Assembly (NCBI RefSeq): GCF_004010195.1
Contig: NC_057746.1
Coordinates: 17,231,327-17,295,326, forward strand
Direction: 5' to 3'
Length of the DNA stretch: 64,000 nucleotides
Origin: Chiloscyllium plagiosum
Lineage: Eukaryota
Shown: positions 38,750 through 50,944 of the stretch, in pieces
How positions within the stretch are numbered: position 1 is the stretch's first letter
Layout: every line of letters begins with the position of its first letter
The notes under the pieces: model-generated
What the model was told of the DNA's origin: nothing
Databases searched by the model: none
What the model saw: only the letters and a program-made list of their open reading frames with translations
Made by a program: the position numbers and the translations under genes

Positions 38750-39680
38750 ATACCCATTGTCCTCATCTACCAAACCGTATGCTTTCAAATCTAAGCATCA
38801 TAAGCCACAATTTCGACAACATCCCGTGAAATGCCAACAACATGCACATGTTTCTGTCATTCCCTTTCCCATTGGAACCCACTGCCCCACTTCTCCTTAA
38901 CTCCTAACATGTACCTGCAGCTTCCTGGCACCATCCCCTGCAAAGCCAGTAGGTGTAACATCTGCCCTCCTACTTCCTCCCCCTCGCTATCCAATGCCCC
39001 AAACTCTCCTTCTCGGCAATCTAGCGCTTAAATGCACTCACTAAATCTAGCATACTGTATTCACACCGTGATCTCCTCTAAACTGAGTAAGCTAAGTGCA
39101 GACCAGGTTGCCACGTTGGAGATCATTTAATTTCTCTCAACGAAGAAAACATCCTGAGCTTCCAGTTGCTCACTTCTTCAACACGCCATCGCACTATCTG
39201 GCCAATATCTCTATCTTAGGCTTGCTGGCATCCTGCAGCGAACCTCAACACAGTTTAAGGAATACCACTGGGGACCCTCTAGCCCTGTCTATTAAAATCG
39301 CGTTTAACAGTTTTGTAACTTGAACACCTTCCCCTCTTGCTTTCCTTCACCAGGCATTGACATTACATGAACTTCTAACGCACACTAACCACTGTCAGTC
39401 ACTCACCGTCCAGATTAGCAGTTATTCAATCCTTCAGACTGACCTTTAACCACTGCTTTCCCTGCAGAAATGCTTTTTTTCTGTGTTTGGGCTTTACATA
39501 AACTAAACTTGCGGTTAATCTCCCCGCTCCCCATACCAACCCAATCCTCTGTGTAAAAACAAATCTTTTCTTAACTATCATCCGTTCCAAAGAATAGTCA
39601 ATGGACCATAAACTTGAACGCTAATTCTTCTCCACAGATGCTGCCAGTTCTGCTATTTTCCACAAATTTCTGTTTTTATT
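38750..39680 (+). mobile_element. Penelope-like element 3' region (GIY-YIG endonuclease remnant and tail)
   Basis: PIVLIY, PGTIPC...RCNICP, a decayed YCI...L..GE segment and ELPVAHFFN; tail 'ctccacagatgctgccag'. Confidence 0.7.
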
Positions 39681-39689
39681 TCTCCTGTA

Positions 39690-41200
39690 GATATTTTAAT
39701 GGAGGAACTTTAGAGACCCCTTACAGAAGTATTTGCATTATTGTCAATTACCAGTGAACCGCCTGATGTCTGGAGGGTGGTTAGTGTTGTACCTGTGTTT
39801 AAGGAAGTCTGTAAGGGGAAGCACAAGAAATACACAACAGTGAGTCATCGAATTTTGGTTAATTGTTGAATGTGATTTTAAAATGCAGGATTTATGAACA
39901 TTAGAGAGGCAAATATTGATTCGAGCTCGTCAGCAAGGGTTTGAGGGAGGAGAATTGCATCTCACAACCTGGAGTCATTTATTTGTTTGAAGAAGTTACC
40001 AAAAGGATTGATGAAGACAGAGTCTTGGACTTCGTTTCCTTGGACTGTACAAAAATGTTCGGCCATGTTCCACATGGGAGACCAATTAATTAAGTTAGGT
40101 CCCATGGGATTCAGGGTGAGCTTGCAAATTGAATGCATAATTGGTTTATGGCCAATGGCTAGTTTGTATTGTTGGAGGCTGTTATTCAGTCTGTCACCGG
40201 CAGTCTTCCACAAGTATCGGGTCTGTTTCCCCTTTTATTTGTTATTTATGTAAATACTTTGAATAATAATATAGAAGGCATGCTTACTAATCTGGTGGAT
40301 AGCACCAAAATCGGTAGCACAGTAAACGGTGAAGATGTTTTTCTACGATGACAATGGGATCTTGATCAAATAGATCAATGAGCTAAAACGAAAAGCAGAT
40401 GGAATTCAATCTGCATAAATGTGAGATATGGCATTTGATACAACAATCAAGAGTTGGGCAAATAAAAGTAATGATAGGGCCTTGGAGGTACTGTTGAACA
40501 AAGGAACATAGGCGTTCAGGTACATAATTGCTTGAATTCGTTTCACATACAGACAGGGTGGTTTAAAAGATATTTATCACGCTTGCCTTCATCTCTCATT
40601 CCTTTAGAGCTTGGAAAGTCACCTTGAAATTGTACAGGACATTGGTGAGCCCTCTTCTGGAATAGAGTGTTCAGTTCTAGTCGCTCCATTATAGAAAGTT
40701 TATTATTAAGTGGGGGCAGGTTCAAAAGAGATTTACCAGGATGTTGCCGGTGATGGAAGGTTTGAGCAATAAAGAAAGGTTGGATAGGTTCGAACGTTTT
40801 TCCACTGGTGCGTAGGATTTTGAAAGGCAAGCCTATTGTAGATTATAAACTATTGAGTGAATAGATAGGGTAAATTGCAGTTATCTTTTCCCCCAGATTT
40901 TGAGGTTTTGAAGACTTCTGGACACATTTTCAAGTTGAAATTATAGAGATTTTAATAAATAGATGGGGCATTTTTTTTTCTAGATAGAGGATGGTTCATG
41001 TGTACTATGATCATTCTGAAGAAGTTTTGCATGTGAGTATAATTACGATGCTTAAAATCCATTTGAATAAGTACAAAGGTTTTGGAGGGATATTGGCCAG
41101 GAGCAGGCAGGTGGGATTAGTTTAGTTTGGAAATATGTCTGGAATGGACTGTTAGACCGAAGGGTCTGTTTCCATGTTGCATGGCTCTACGACTCTGTGA
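39690..41200 (+). mobile_element. Decayed CR1 LINE ORF2 and 3' end
   Basis: WRVVSVVPVFK, LVDSTKIG and FTRMLP segments; tail 'gaccgaagggtctgtttccatg..ctacgactct'. Confidence 0.85.
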
Positions 41201-41299
41201 TCCTCTTCTTCAGACTGAAACTAGAGAAGAATATCTCAGTTATTGAATGAATGATCAACCTTCCTCAATTTTATAGGATTTAAAACATTTCGAGGAGCA

Positions 41300-42340
41300 A
41301 ATTCTGAAGTCTCAGTTAATATGTTTAGGCAATATCGTAACTCAAGGGAGAAGTGAAAATGAAAAGAAATTGATTGAATCTATTTTACTATTGTCCTTCC
41401 CTAAAGATGTGAAGTCGCTTTGATCACTTTTAGGATTAGTCGTCAATTTTAGAAATCATATTGATGGTTTTGCTGCCAAAGCATGTTCATTATCAGAACT
41501 TTGACGAAGCATGTTTCATTGCAGTGGACCGAAGGACACACAAAGACTGTTTCAGAGTTAAAACAGGATTTAGCTGCAGGTCCAGAATGGCAAGTGCCCG
41601 TCACTGAACTCTCTTTTGCACTGGCGATGATGTGCTTTTGCACATAACTTGATGATGTGCTTTTGCAGGGACTTCATGCGAAAAAGGAACACGTGGTTTA
41701 TACTCCTCGGCTTTTAAATCCAGCTAGCAAGATTTATACCTTGCAAAAAAGCTTCTTTTTGTAATGTTTTAAGCAATGTAGCATTTCCTTGAAGAAAATT
41801 GGGCTGAATCTCTTAACTATTCTGACAACATATTCCTATTCAATTGTTGTTCGATGGAAACAATAAAGGTAATAGTTATTCAAAACCATATAACACACAG
41901 GAATTTCGTTTCAATTTTAGTGTTCACAGTTTAATACACCCAGTTGATAATATACTTCGCCGACAAACCAAATTAGATGGATTGAACGAGAGTTAAATCT
42001 TGTCTAAAGTGTTTCCAAGGGACCATTTGTTCCAAAGCAAAAACGCTGATGATTTGTGAATTCTGCCAAATGCGGATGTATAATTGACACAACTGAACAG
42101 AGAGAAGATATAAAATGTCTTTTGAATATATCTATTGATAAATCCTTTATGGTTGAGAATAGTATTAGAAAGACAAAAAGTGGAATATATGTATTGAATC
42201 ACCGAGGTCCACCTCATGTTCAGTTAGCTCTTCAAGAAGCAGCCAAGCACCCAAATTAGAGTTAGCGACAGATTTTGTTTCAGCAGATGGAAAACTATGC
42301 ACTCCATGATGACACTGTGGCTTTCAGCAGTTTGTTTTGT
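41300..42340 (+). mobile_element. Retrovirus-like pol remnant: RT thumb, tether RNase H and second RNase H (lokiretrovirus-like)
   Basis: LLGLVVNFRNHIDGFAAKA..LSEL; WTEGHTKTVSELKQDLAAGP; VVYTPRLLNP (PVAYASRLL-like); IPIQLLFDG; LNISIDKS (IYVDGS-like); SGIYV; FVSADGK. Confidence 0.6.
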
Positions 42341-42479
42341 CCTGGTTTCTTTTATGTGTAGGGGCTGGTGCAATATTAGTAGCGTGCACGCCTTAGTTTT
42401 TTAAATGTTTTGCCATAATCGCTCTGCCTTACATAATTGGATTATAGGTTATCCCTTCAACTGCCATTTGGTTGTTTCC

Positions 42480-43945
42480 ACTTTAATCGCACCTTATGAC
42501 ATTCTTGATCAACTGCAGAGACCTATTATTCGGCCTGTCTTTTGAACTCTATGATTATAAACTCTGTGTCTGAGTGCATCTCGTCAATTCACTTGATGAA
42601 TATGCAGAACTCCAAAGCTTGCGATTTCCAAAAAACCTGCTGGACAACAATAATTTGTCGTGTGACTTCTGACCTGATTTCTTTTCGAGACAGATTAGCG
42701 GAAGGCCCTGAGCAAACTATGAGAAGATAACTTTCACGACTTAGGTGTTGTATTTGAAAGTTGGAATAATCGAAACAGCCTAAGTACGTGTGAACCAGCT
42801 CCAACCCACAGTACCATAATTCTTCGCTTAGTTTTCCACATTTGCTATTGAAGGAGTGGAATCTGCTTTTTCCTTTTCTCGCTTATAGCTAAAAGTTGGG
42901 AGTTCTCTGCCTGCCACTGAAGCTGTATGTGGGATAATCTGTTTTCTGAATTCCTCTTTCCAAGGGTATGTTGTTATAGTGGGACAATCCATTAATAAAA
43001 GTTACTAAATCTATTATTAAGTTTTCCAACAGAAATGCGTTATTTCAAGTTTCTTCCTTTTGTTGTATTTTAACTACTGCGGTTTAATAAATTTCGTTAT
43101 GCTTAACGTCGAGAGGTTTGACCATTCAATTTGCTTCTGGAACGCAGCATCTGATATTTACCATTGCATTAAGAAAAACGTTAGGGTCCAGGCGACCTTA
43201 ATTTATTTTAAGGGGCGTACATAAAAAATGGAGGCACTTTTCTGGATCAAAATCTCAAAAATCATGTTCGTTTTGGTTTATTGGATTCGAAGGCAGTTAA
43301 GTGTTAAAGACTTTTATTTTGGGTATTCATTTCGTTTGGTTTAATCCAGGGTGTACTTTGTACATTAATGACTCTTTCAGTCACGACGAGATTTCTGAGA
43401 ATGGAAGAAGTCATTTCCGGAGTCTTACTGAAAGTGAGCAAGACAACGTTTTTGGAATTGCCAGATAAGCTGGAGTTGGATTTAACTGCCTCTGCGAGAA
43501 AAGCTGAGGTAATTCTAGCAATAGCTCGACATTTACAATTGCTGGAATTGCCTTCAGAATATTTAGAAATGTCTTAAGTTCAAATGAAAATGAAGCTGCT
43601 TGAAAATCAAAAGAAAAATAAATAGTTTGAGTTACAATTGAAACCACAAAGGAAAGGATAGGCAAGCCGACCAAATAAAAGGGGGAAAGAGACAACAACA
43701 AAAAAAGAGTGCTTTTGAACTTTAGAGGTTGGAATTGAGAATTCAATGTTGATTTTAATGACAGAGGTAAAAATGAAAAGGAGGTGTAGTGAGGAGGAAC
43801 GTGCTGAACAGCAATGACATTGTAGCCAAAGATCTGGTGGCAATATGTTTAAAAGATAGCCAAGCGTTGCCTAAATTTGACGAGAAGGGTGTGGAAGTCT
43901 TTTCTCCATTTCCTTTGAGAAAGTGGTTAAAGAAATGAACTGTTC
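42480..43945 (+). mobile_element. Gypsy element 5' LTR plus gag fragment nested in the pol above
   Basis: An LTR-like stretch ends near 43220. It is followed by MTLSV..FL..EEV...KVSKTTFLELPDKL.L...RKAEVILAIARHLQL and ALPKFDEKGVE.F...FEKVVK.M, a gag signature of vertebrate Gypsy elements. Confidence 0.7.
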
Positions 43946-44560
43946 AGTTAAAAGCCAACGGAGAAATTTGCAGATAGATTATTTTGGTCATTAGCCACCG
44001 ATACAAGGAGGTTACTGATATATCCTAATGATAAATGATAGGTTTGGTCAATTTGTTGAGGCATTTCTTACAAGTCAGACAGCTAATGTGACAGCTAATA
44101 TCCTAGTGTTTGCAAAATGGGGTCTTCCAAATAGTGTCGAATCAGATCACGGCACGCAGTTTACTGCTCAAGTGATGCATTTTGTTAAAGCTTTGTTGAG
44201 ATCAATCAAAGGTTTCATATTGCATATCATCCTCGATAGTGAGATATTCGTGACAAACAATTGTATTTTAAAACATAGAAAAAACAAGATTAGGAAGCTT
44301 GTATAACAACATAAATTCACATTGAACACTTGTCGAATGAAATTGAGAAATATATTCTGTAATTCAAGTGAATTTATTCCCAACGTTTTCGGGTCAGGAC
44401 GTTCCATGAGGATGATCAATGCTCTTTCAGGAGAGAGCGTTCCTGAACCTGACATTCTTACTTTTTTGCCACGTGATTCTTACTTTTTTGTGCAGTAATT
44501 GCTGGGCAATATTCAAACAGCACAGATATCATCAGCTATTAAAATGCAATGCAATAGAAA
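43945..44560 (+). mobile_element. Integrase core of the retrovirus-like element
   Basis: NLQIDYFG..PP.QGGY.YILMIND.F.QFVEAF...TAN.TANIL..FAKWGLPNSVESDHGTQFTAQV, giving the first two Asp of the DDE triad. Confidence 0.8.
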
Positions 44561-45143
44561 CAGACTAAGGCTTATTGATGGTAAATTGAGTTCTATAAAG
44601 TACGACATGAGATGACCATTTATGCATTGAATTAATCAATTATTATTACCGAGATTTTATGAGCCCCACTCTGTTACCGATAAAGTGTAATGATCTGTAT
44701 CATGTTATGTTCGAATCGTTCAATCCCTCTCTACATACTTCGAATTCTCACCTTGATTCTTCTTTGTCTGCTTCTTTGACACTGACTTAAACAAGATATT
44801 GTCAGATAGCTATGAATCAGAAGTTACCATCGATAAAAAGTCAGATAGTTCATCTGATACTTACCAATTCACTCACGAGTGTCAGGGAAAGTATTTTGTT
44901 TCGCAGATGTGACTATGAAAGTACGTCACGAGTTGTTCGTTTCTCGGATCGTAGAAGAGAGACATTTGGTAAACTAATATAGTATGGTTAAACCTATTGT
45001 TGAACAAGAGGTTAATAAATTTGTGGGGCATATTATATACGATGATGCAATACGTATTCATCCAAAACCTCTTGATTAATTGTTTCCAACGGGTGCCCAT
45101 ACACTTAGTTGGTATTAATTATGATTGATTTCGGATAGAATAG

Positions 45144-45362
45144 TGGAGAACGTGAGAACTGCAGATGCGAGAAATCAGAGTCGCGAGTGTGGTGCTGCAA
45201 AAAGAACAACAGGTCAGGGAGCATCCAACGAGCAGGAGAATGGACATTTAGGGCATAAGTCCTTTATCAGGAATCATGATGAAGGACTTATGGCCAATAC
45301 GTCGATTCTCCTCCTTCTCGGATGCAGCGACCTGCTGTTCATTTTCATCACCACGCTCCCGA
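45144..45362. mobile_element. Palindromic non-autonomous Penelope-derived repeat
   Basis: Head-to-head inverted copies of the terminal motif around about 45272 ('gggcataagtcctttatcag gaatc atgatgaaggacttatggcc'). Confidence 0.75.
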
Positions 45363-47458
45363 TAGTGTTGTCGAGTTTACTTTAGCTTTTTCTAGTATTA
45401 GAGGTTTTTTTATTCTAATCCCATTCTTCATCGTTCTCATTCATCATAAATACCACGAAAATTCCAAATACTAGTAAGGGGTTGTGGTTGACTATTTCTG
45501 GAATTTAAACATTTTAACTAAATACATGTAAACTGCACGTAATAGCAGACAGTACTTTGATTCTAATATAGGGCGTTTGAATTTGGAGTTCGATGAGAAA
45601 ATTGATAGTTCTTCTGGTTTAATGGTCAGTGTACAATCATCGGAAATAGTGCTTCAAGCTAAAACTATCAAATATTAAATGGGAGATCAAAAGTTTACTT
45701 CGCAAAGTGTGGGGCATTTACAAGACCGACATTTTAGACATTGAAACTGCCATCAGTTCTGAAGAAAGATCAATAGAACCCAATGGACTCAGATTTATGT
45801 CAATATTTGCTACCAGATCTGCTGAGCTTTCCAGTCTTTTCCATTCTTGTGCCTGATTTCCAATCTCAGCAGTTTTTTCGGTTTTTATGTGGCTTGTTTC
45901 TGTGCTATATTTTTCTGTATAAACGCACTAATATCATGTTGTCAATTAACTCAAGTTTAAAGGGAATGTGCGAAATTAAACAAAGCAATTACAAGCTGAG
46001 TTAAATAAAGTGTTAAGCATCTCGTAATGTCGGTACAAATTTTTATCAAAGTTGGCTTGAACACAAATAAGCACATCTATCCAAATCTTCCAAATTTAAT
46101 TCATGGCGGAGGAAAATATGGGTATTCTAAACATGGCCCCAATTATTTCTTTCTATGCTGCGATAATTTATCTCGTCCACATTCACAATCTTTGGGCAAA
46201 TTTGGTTTAACAAATCTTTTGAAGTTTGTTATGACGTTTGTGCGATTCTTCAATGGAAACGTACTGCTTCTTCTGAAATATGATACTTGATTTTTGGATC
46301 TTTATTCATTGTTTCTAAGATAGTACAGTGACTTTCAAGGGAGAGCAGCACATAATATTTGTTCCATACATTCCAAAGCAGGTTGTGAATAGGGGCTGTA
46401 GATAGCCGCATGAGCTTAAGCACATCAATATTTGGAAGTGCAGGTAGCAGGTGTTAACGCTGTTGTAAAACCTACTCCTGTTCCCCTGTGGAAACCTATT
46501 TTTGTTCTCTCCTTCTGTATTCCCAGTGCCATTTTTGCTAGGTTATTTTACATAAGAAAAACACTGTGGCCTGGAGATACATGGCAACATTAATTTATTT
46601 AGCCAAAGTTGAGAGAGTCTACATCAGAAAACATTGAGAGTTGACACTCGAATTTGACAAGGTTTAAATCGATGTTTTTATTAATTAATTCAAGAAGAAA
46701 TAATTAAGTCAAATTCACAAGTGCTCTGTTTTAGACAAGCACTTTGTTTTTCACACATTACGAAAGAGGCAAGGAGTCTGTTTTCCTGGACTCACCACAC
46801 TCTATTTTCCCAGTTGTATTCCTATTCACTCTCCAAATGCCCGTGTTTCATTCCTAGCTTTGAAAAAAAAACATTCTTACTTTATGGATCATCCTCACCT
46901 TTGAGTTACAAATGCAGCCTCAGAGTTAATGCGGATTCAGGCATGTTTCATTTTTGCAGAAACTCTGACTACTTTATCCTCATTGGATCGACATTACGCA
47001 GTACAACTAACATTTCTTTAAACCAGACTAGTTACTTAACAGGAATAAGCGAGAATTAATCCGAAATAATTTATATGATCATCACTTACGAAATTTACGG
47101 AAACTTTGCATCTCATTCTATTCCCATCTGGAAATGCACGTCGACTTCCCATGAACTGAAAATCAAAATCAAACTTCCCTGAAAAGCACCAAATTGGATG
47201 AAAACCAATCTTGGCTGACTATGGATATTAAATCTCACGATAATATTTTTACCATTATGAATAAACACAATTTTGAAAGAGTCGGAAATGGACTTCTTAC
47301 TTAAGCTGACAAAAACAAACGAGGAGGTGTATGTATTGGTATGCTTTTGTTTGTATCTGACAACGTCAGTTCTGAGTTTTCCGCAAAAGTAATTAATTAT
47401 GGACCCAACTGATTTGAGTAAAACAATTGAAATAATTCATTTTCTTCTCTTTTTGCAA

Positions 47459-47890
47459 CCACTGTTTTCATGACTGCGGTTCTATCCCCATGAAATCTGT
47501 GGTCCCTCCCAATGCATCAGTTGATATCTTTTTATCTGCAGCAAGATCAAATCTTTTATTTCTGAAATTTGGCATGCTGCTGCGTGAAATTAATAATATT
47601 TATTTCTAAAATTTCGTTTTGAACTATACAACTGCCTGCAGTCTGAATTACATGGTAAGATTTATTATTGTTCACTGTTCAGTCTGGTTATTTTACACTT
47701 TTGAAAATTCGTTTCATTTGTTATCAGAAGCTGATAGTCAGATATTGCACGAAGAAGCCAAGTTTCCTCATCATTGTGTTAGCGTGAGGGTTGCTCATTT
47801 TAGTAAATGCTTCGATCTATTTCCTATTTCAGCCGGTGAAAATAACCATGACTGTGCTCTTTAAAGTTGATATTCCATACTACAAATGTT
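47459..47890 (+). pseudogene. Decayed exon 2 (TM1 to ECL2) of the GPR139-like pseudogene
   Basis: With frameshifts it reads MTAVLS/HEICGPSQCIS*YL, NLLFLKFGMLLREINNIYF*NFVLNYTTACSLN...HCSVWL, ICYQKLIVRYCTKK and DIPYYKC, collinear with the intact gene. The acceptor appears mutated (ttttgcAA at 47451-47458). Confidence 0.8.
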
Positions 47891-48215
47891 ATCAATGGAC
47901 TCCATTTACACTTTGCATTGCCACAGACAGGCTGTCAACGTCATCAAATACCCCTCCTACCACGGTAATGCTCTCCCACAATCCCTTCCAACCGGCAGAA
48001 AATGCAGAAGCTTGAACACACGCCTACAACGGGTTCAAGAAAAGATTTGTTCTGTTATTATTACACTGCTGATTGGACTCTCCGACTTCAAGTAATGTTG
48101 CACTTGCTAATGCTAAGCTTCGTATACACACCTCCTGCGCACTTGTTACCTAGTCCTGTCTAAGTAGACTATGATCTGTATATCATTGTCTTCTATGATC
48201 TGCCTATACAGTGTG
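47890..48215 (+). mobile_element. Rex1/Babar-like LINE 3' fragment truncating the pseudogene
   Basis: Sequence 'atggactccatttacact...ggttcaagaa' is collinear with the copy at 63745-63900. Confidence 0.7.
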
Positions 48216-48219
48216 GAAC

Positions 48220-49455
48220 AAACAACAAAGAGAACAAAGAAATTTTACAGCCTAGGAACAGATCTTTCTCCAAACCTGAGCTGATCCAAATCTACTGTCT
48301 AAATCTGTCACCCAATTCGGAAGCATCCGTATACCTCTGTTCCCCACCTACACATGCATCTGCCCAGGCGATCTTAAAAGAATCTACCGTGCCTGCCTCT
48401 ACTACCTCTGCTGGCAACGCCTTCCAGACACCCATCACCCTCTGTGTGAAGTACTTGCCGTGTGTATCCGCCTTAAACTTTTCACCTCTCACCTTGAAAG
48501 CTTGACCTGTCGTTATTGAATCTTCACACTGGGAAAAAAGCTTATCTCTACCCACCCGGTCTATACCCGTCATGACTTGTAAACCTCAATCAGGTCGCCC
48601 CTCAATCTCCTTTTTTTCTAATAAAAACAAACCTAACTTACTCAACCTCTCTTCATAGCTAGCACCTTCCATACCAGGCAACATTCTCGCATCCTTCTCT
48701 GCATCCTCTGCAAAGTGTCCACATTCCTTTTGGTAAAGTGGCGACCAGACTGTACACAGTCGTTTAAATGCGACTGAATCAATGTGTTGTACACTTTTAA
48801 CTTGACTTGCCAGCTCTTATACTCAATACCCCATCCAATGAAGGCAAGCATACTTTTTGACCACTGTATCCACCTGTGCAGCAACCTTCAGTGTACAATG
48901 GACCTGCTCTCCCAGATCTCTCTGTTCATCAACTTTTCCCAAGGCTCTTCATTTCATTGTATATTTCGCTTTAGAATTAGACTTGCCTAATTGTGTCACC
49001 TCAGATTTTTCTGGATTGAAATCCATCTTCTATCTTTCCGCCCCACTCTCCTGTCCATCTTTCTCTTTCAGAATCCTTTGACAGTCCCTTAAACCTTCTG
49101 CTATTCCACCAACCTTCGTGTCACCTGCAAATTGCTGATCATACCAACAGTGCCCACTTCCAGACAATTTATATATATCACAAACAACAGTAGCCCCAAC
49201 ACTGACCCCCGTGGATCACCACTGGTCACCTTCCTCCATTTTGAGAAATTCCCTTCAACTGCTACTTTCTGTCTCCTGTTGCTCAACCAGTTCTTTATCC
49301 ACCTAGCTAGAACACCCTGCACACCATGTGACTTCACTTTCTCTATTAGTTTACCATGGGGAAACGTATCAAGTGCCTTACTAACGTCCATTTATACGAC
49401 ATCAACAGCCCTTCCTTCATCTATCGACTTGTCACTTCCTCGAAGAACTATTAAG
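48220..49455 (-). mobile_element. CR1 LINE 3' half
   Basis: MDVSKALDTFPH...WIKNWL...PRGSVLG and KYFTQRVMGVW; tail 'aacaaagagaacaaagaa'. Confidence 0.9.
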
Positions 49456-50944
49456 TTGTTATACAAATTATACAAAAAAGATACAATCAAAAAGCATGTG
49501 GGTTGTAAGCCCGTTACAATGCAGAGGTCATGGTATGAAGTTGTGAAATTCAATAAGCAATTATGTAGACTAAACGGTTCACACGCAGAGCATTATCTGC
49601 TGTTATATCAGCTTGCAGGAATGGATATTCTGGCATGTGAGTGAGGTGATATGGTTGTTGGAGGTGATCTACCATCATGAGTTCACTTCTTGTGCTTATC
49701 TCTAATCGTCCACTACCTGCTAAGTCAGTTTGTTTAGTATTCTGTTTCATTCTTACTTCTCTGGCATATTTTCTGCCTTCAACCTTCAATTATGTTGCTG
49801 AAATACTGAGTTGCATACTTTCGAAAATAGTTCCGAAATGATTCAATAAATAAACAACCCAAATTACGCAACTCGTTTGGTTATGCATTATTCTGATTTG
49901 TTTCTTTCTTTTGTTATATCCAAACTTGTCTAAACATTCAAAGTCTACCTAAGCTCTGGGAAATAAACATTTTTACCCTCCTTATTTATAACTATTCTGT
50001 TGATGAAAGTAATGAAATCAGTTAGCGCCTATGGAAGTGTGAAACCCTAGCATAAAAGGATATGTGGGCCATTATTCTCCTCTATACAATGACATTGATA
50101 TTTCTAAATACATTGACTTTTCAAACTTTAAGAATGAAAGTCTACTTGGGAAGATTTCAAATAGCTAAAAGTATTAGAATTTAGTGGTGTCAACATTTTG
50201 ATCTAACAATCATTTCCAAACGCTTTTAAAGTTGCCATCAAACTGTCCTCAAAGTAGTATGAAAATAAATTAAAAACAAATTGAACTAATTAGCGGAGAG
50301 AATATGGGGACAAATGATGCATCGTATTTACAAATATAAGCTATCGTAAACCATGTTGAAAAATTATAAGATCAATCATTATGAGGCTTCAAACACCTTG
50401 TTGCTATAATTTCGCCAGAAAGGATATAATGCTATTTTTCTACTAAATGATATGTCATAGAGTTGTGGTGGATATAATTTATTTGGGAAGCATAGCATCT
50501 GAAGTAGTCTATAAATGTAATGCTCCGAATGTTGCACCATCCTCAACGTGGACTCGATTACAGGCACTCATGGTCTCGAGGTAAAGACTTGCACATTCTG
50601 GGTTGGAAGGAATTTTATTTTGAATTCTTTGTTCTTTATTTTTTCCAAATGCTTCGTGGACATTTTAATTTCTTTGATTTTTCATCGTAAGAATTTTTAG
50701 TTAACGTACCTAAGATGGCATCGGAACTAGTGAACTGCAAACATTTCACTGTACTTGTAAATGCACGTGATAATAAAGATAATTCTAAGTCTAAGAAATA
50801 ATCAATTCAAATTATGGCGGTTCATTTTCAAATTCCAGAAACTGTTCCTGAAATGATGCAGTCTCTTTGCACTTCTAATTCCATTCTGTATTTCTCTTTA
50901 ATAATTCTTCTGGCAAATCTGCTGGATTGAGCCCATGTTTCGAC

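Noticed and set aside
41626-41668. Short direct repeats (also about 8797-8835 and 44454-44490)
   Set aside because: Two-copy slippage duplications of about 15 bp, not an array; there is no CRISPR-like or prokaryotic structure anywhere in the window.
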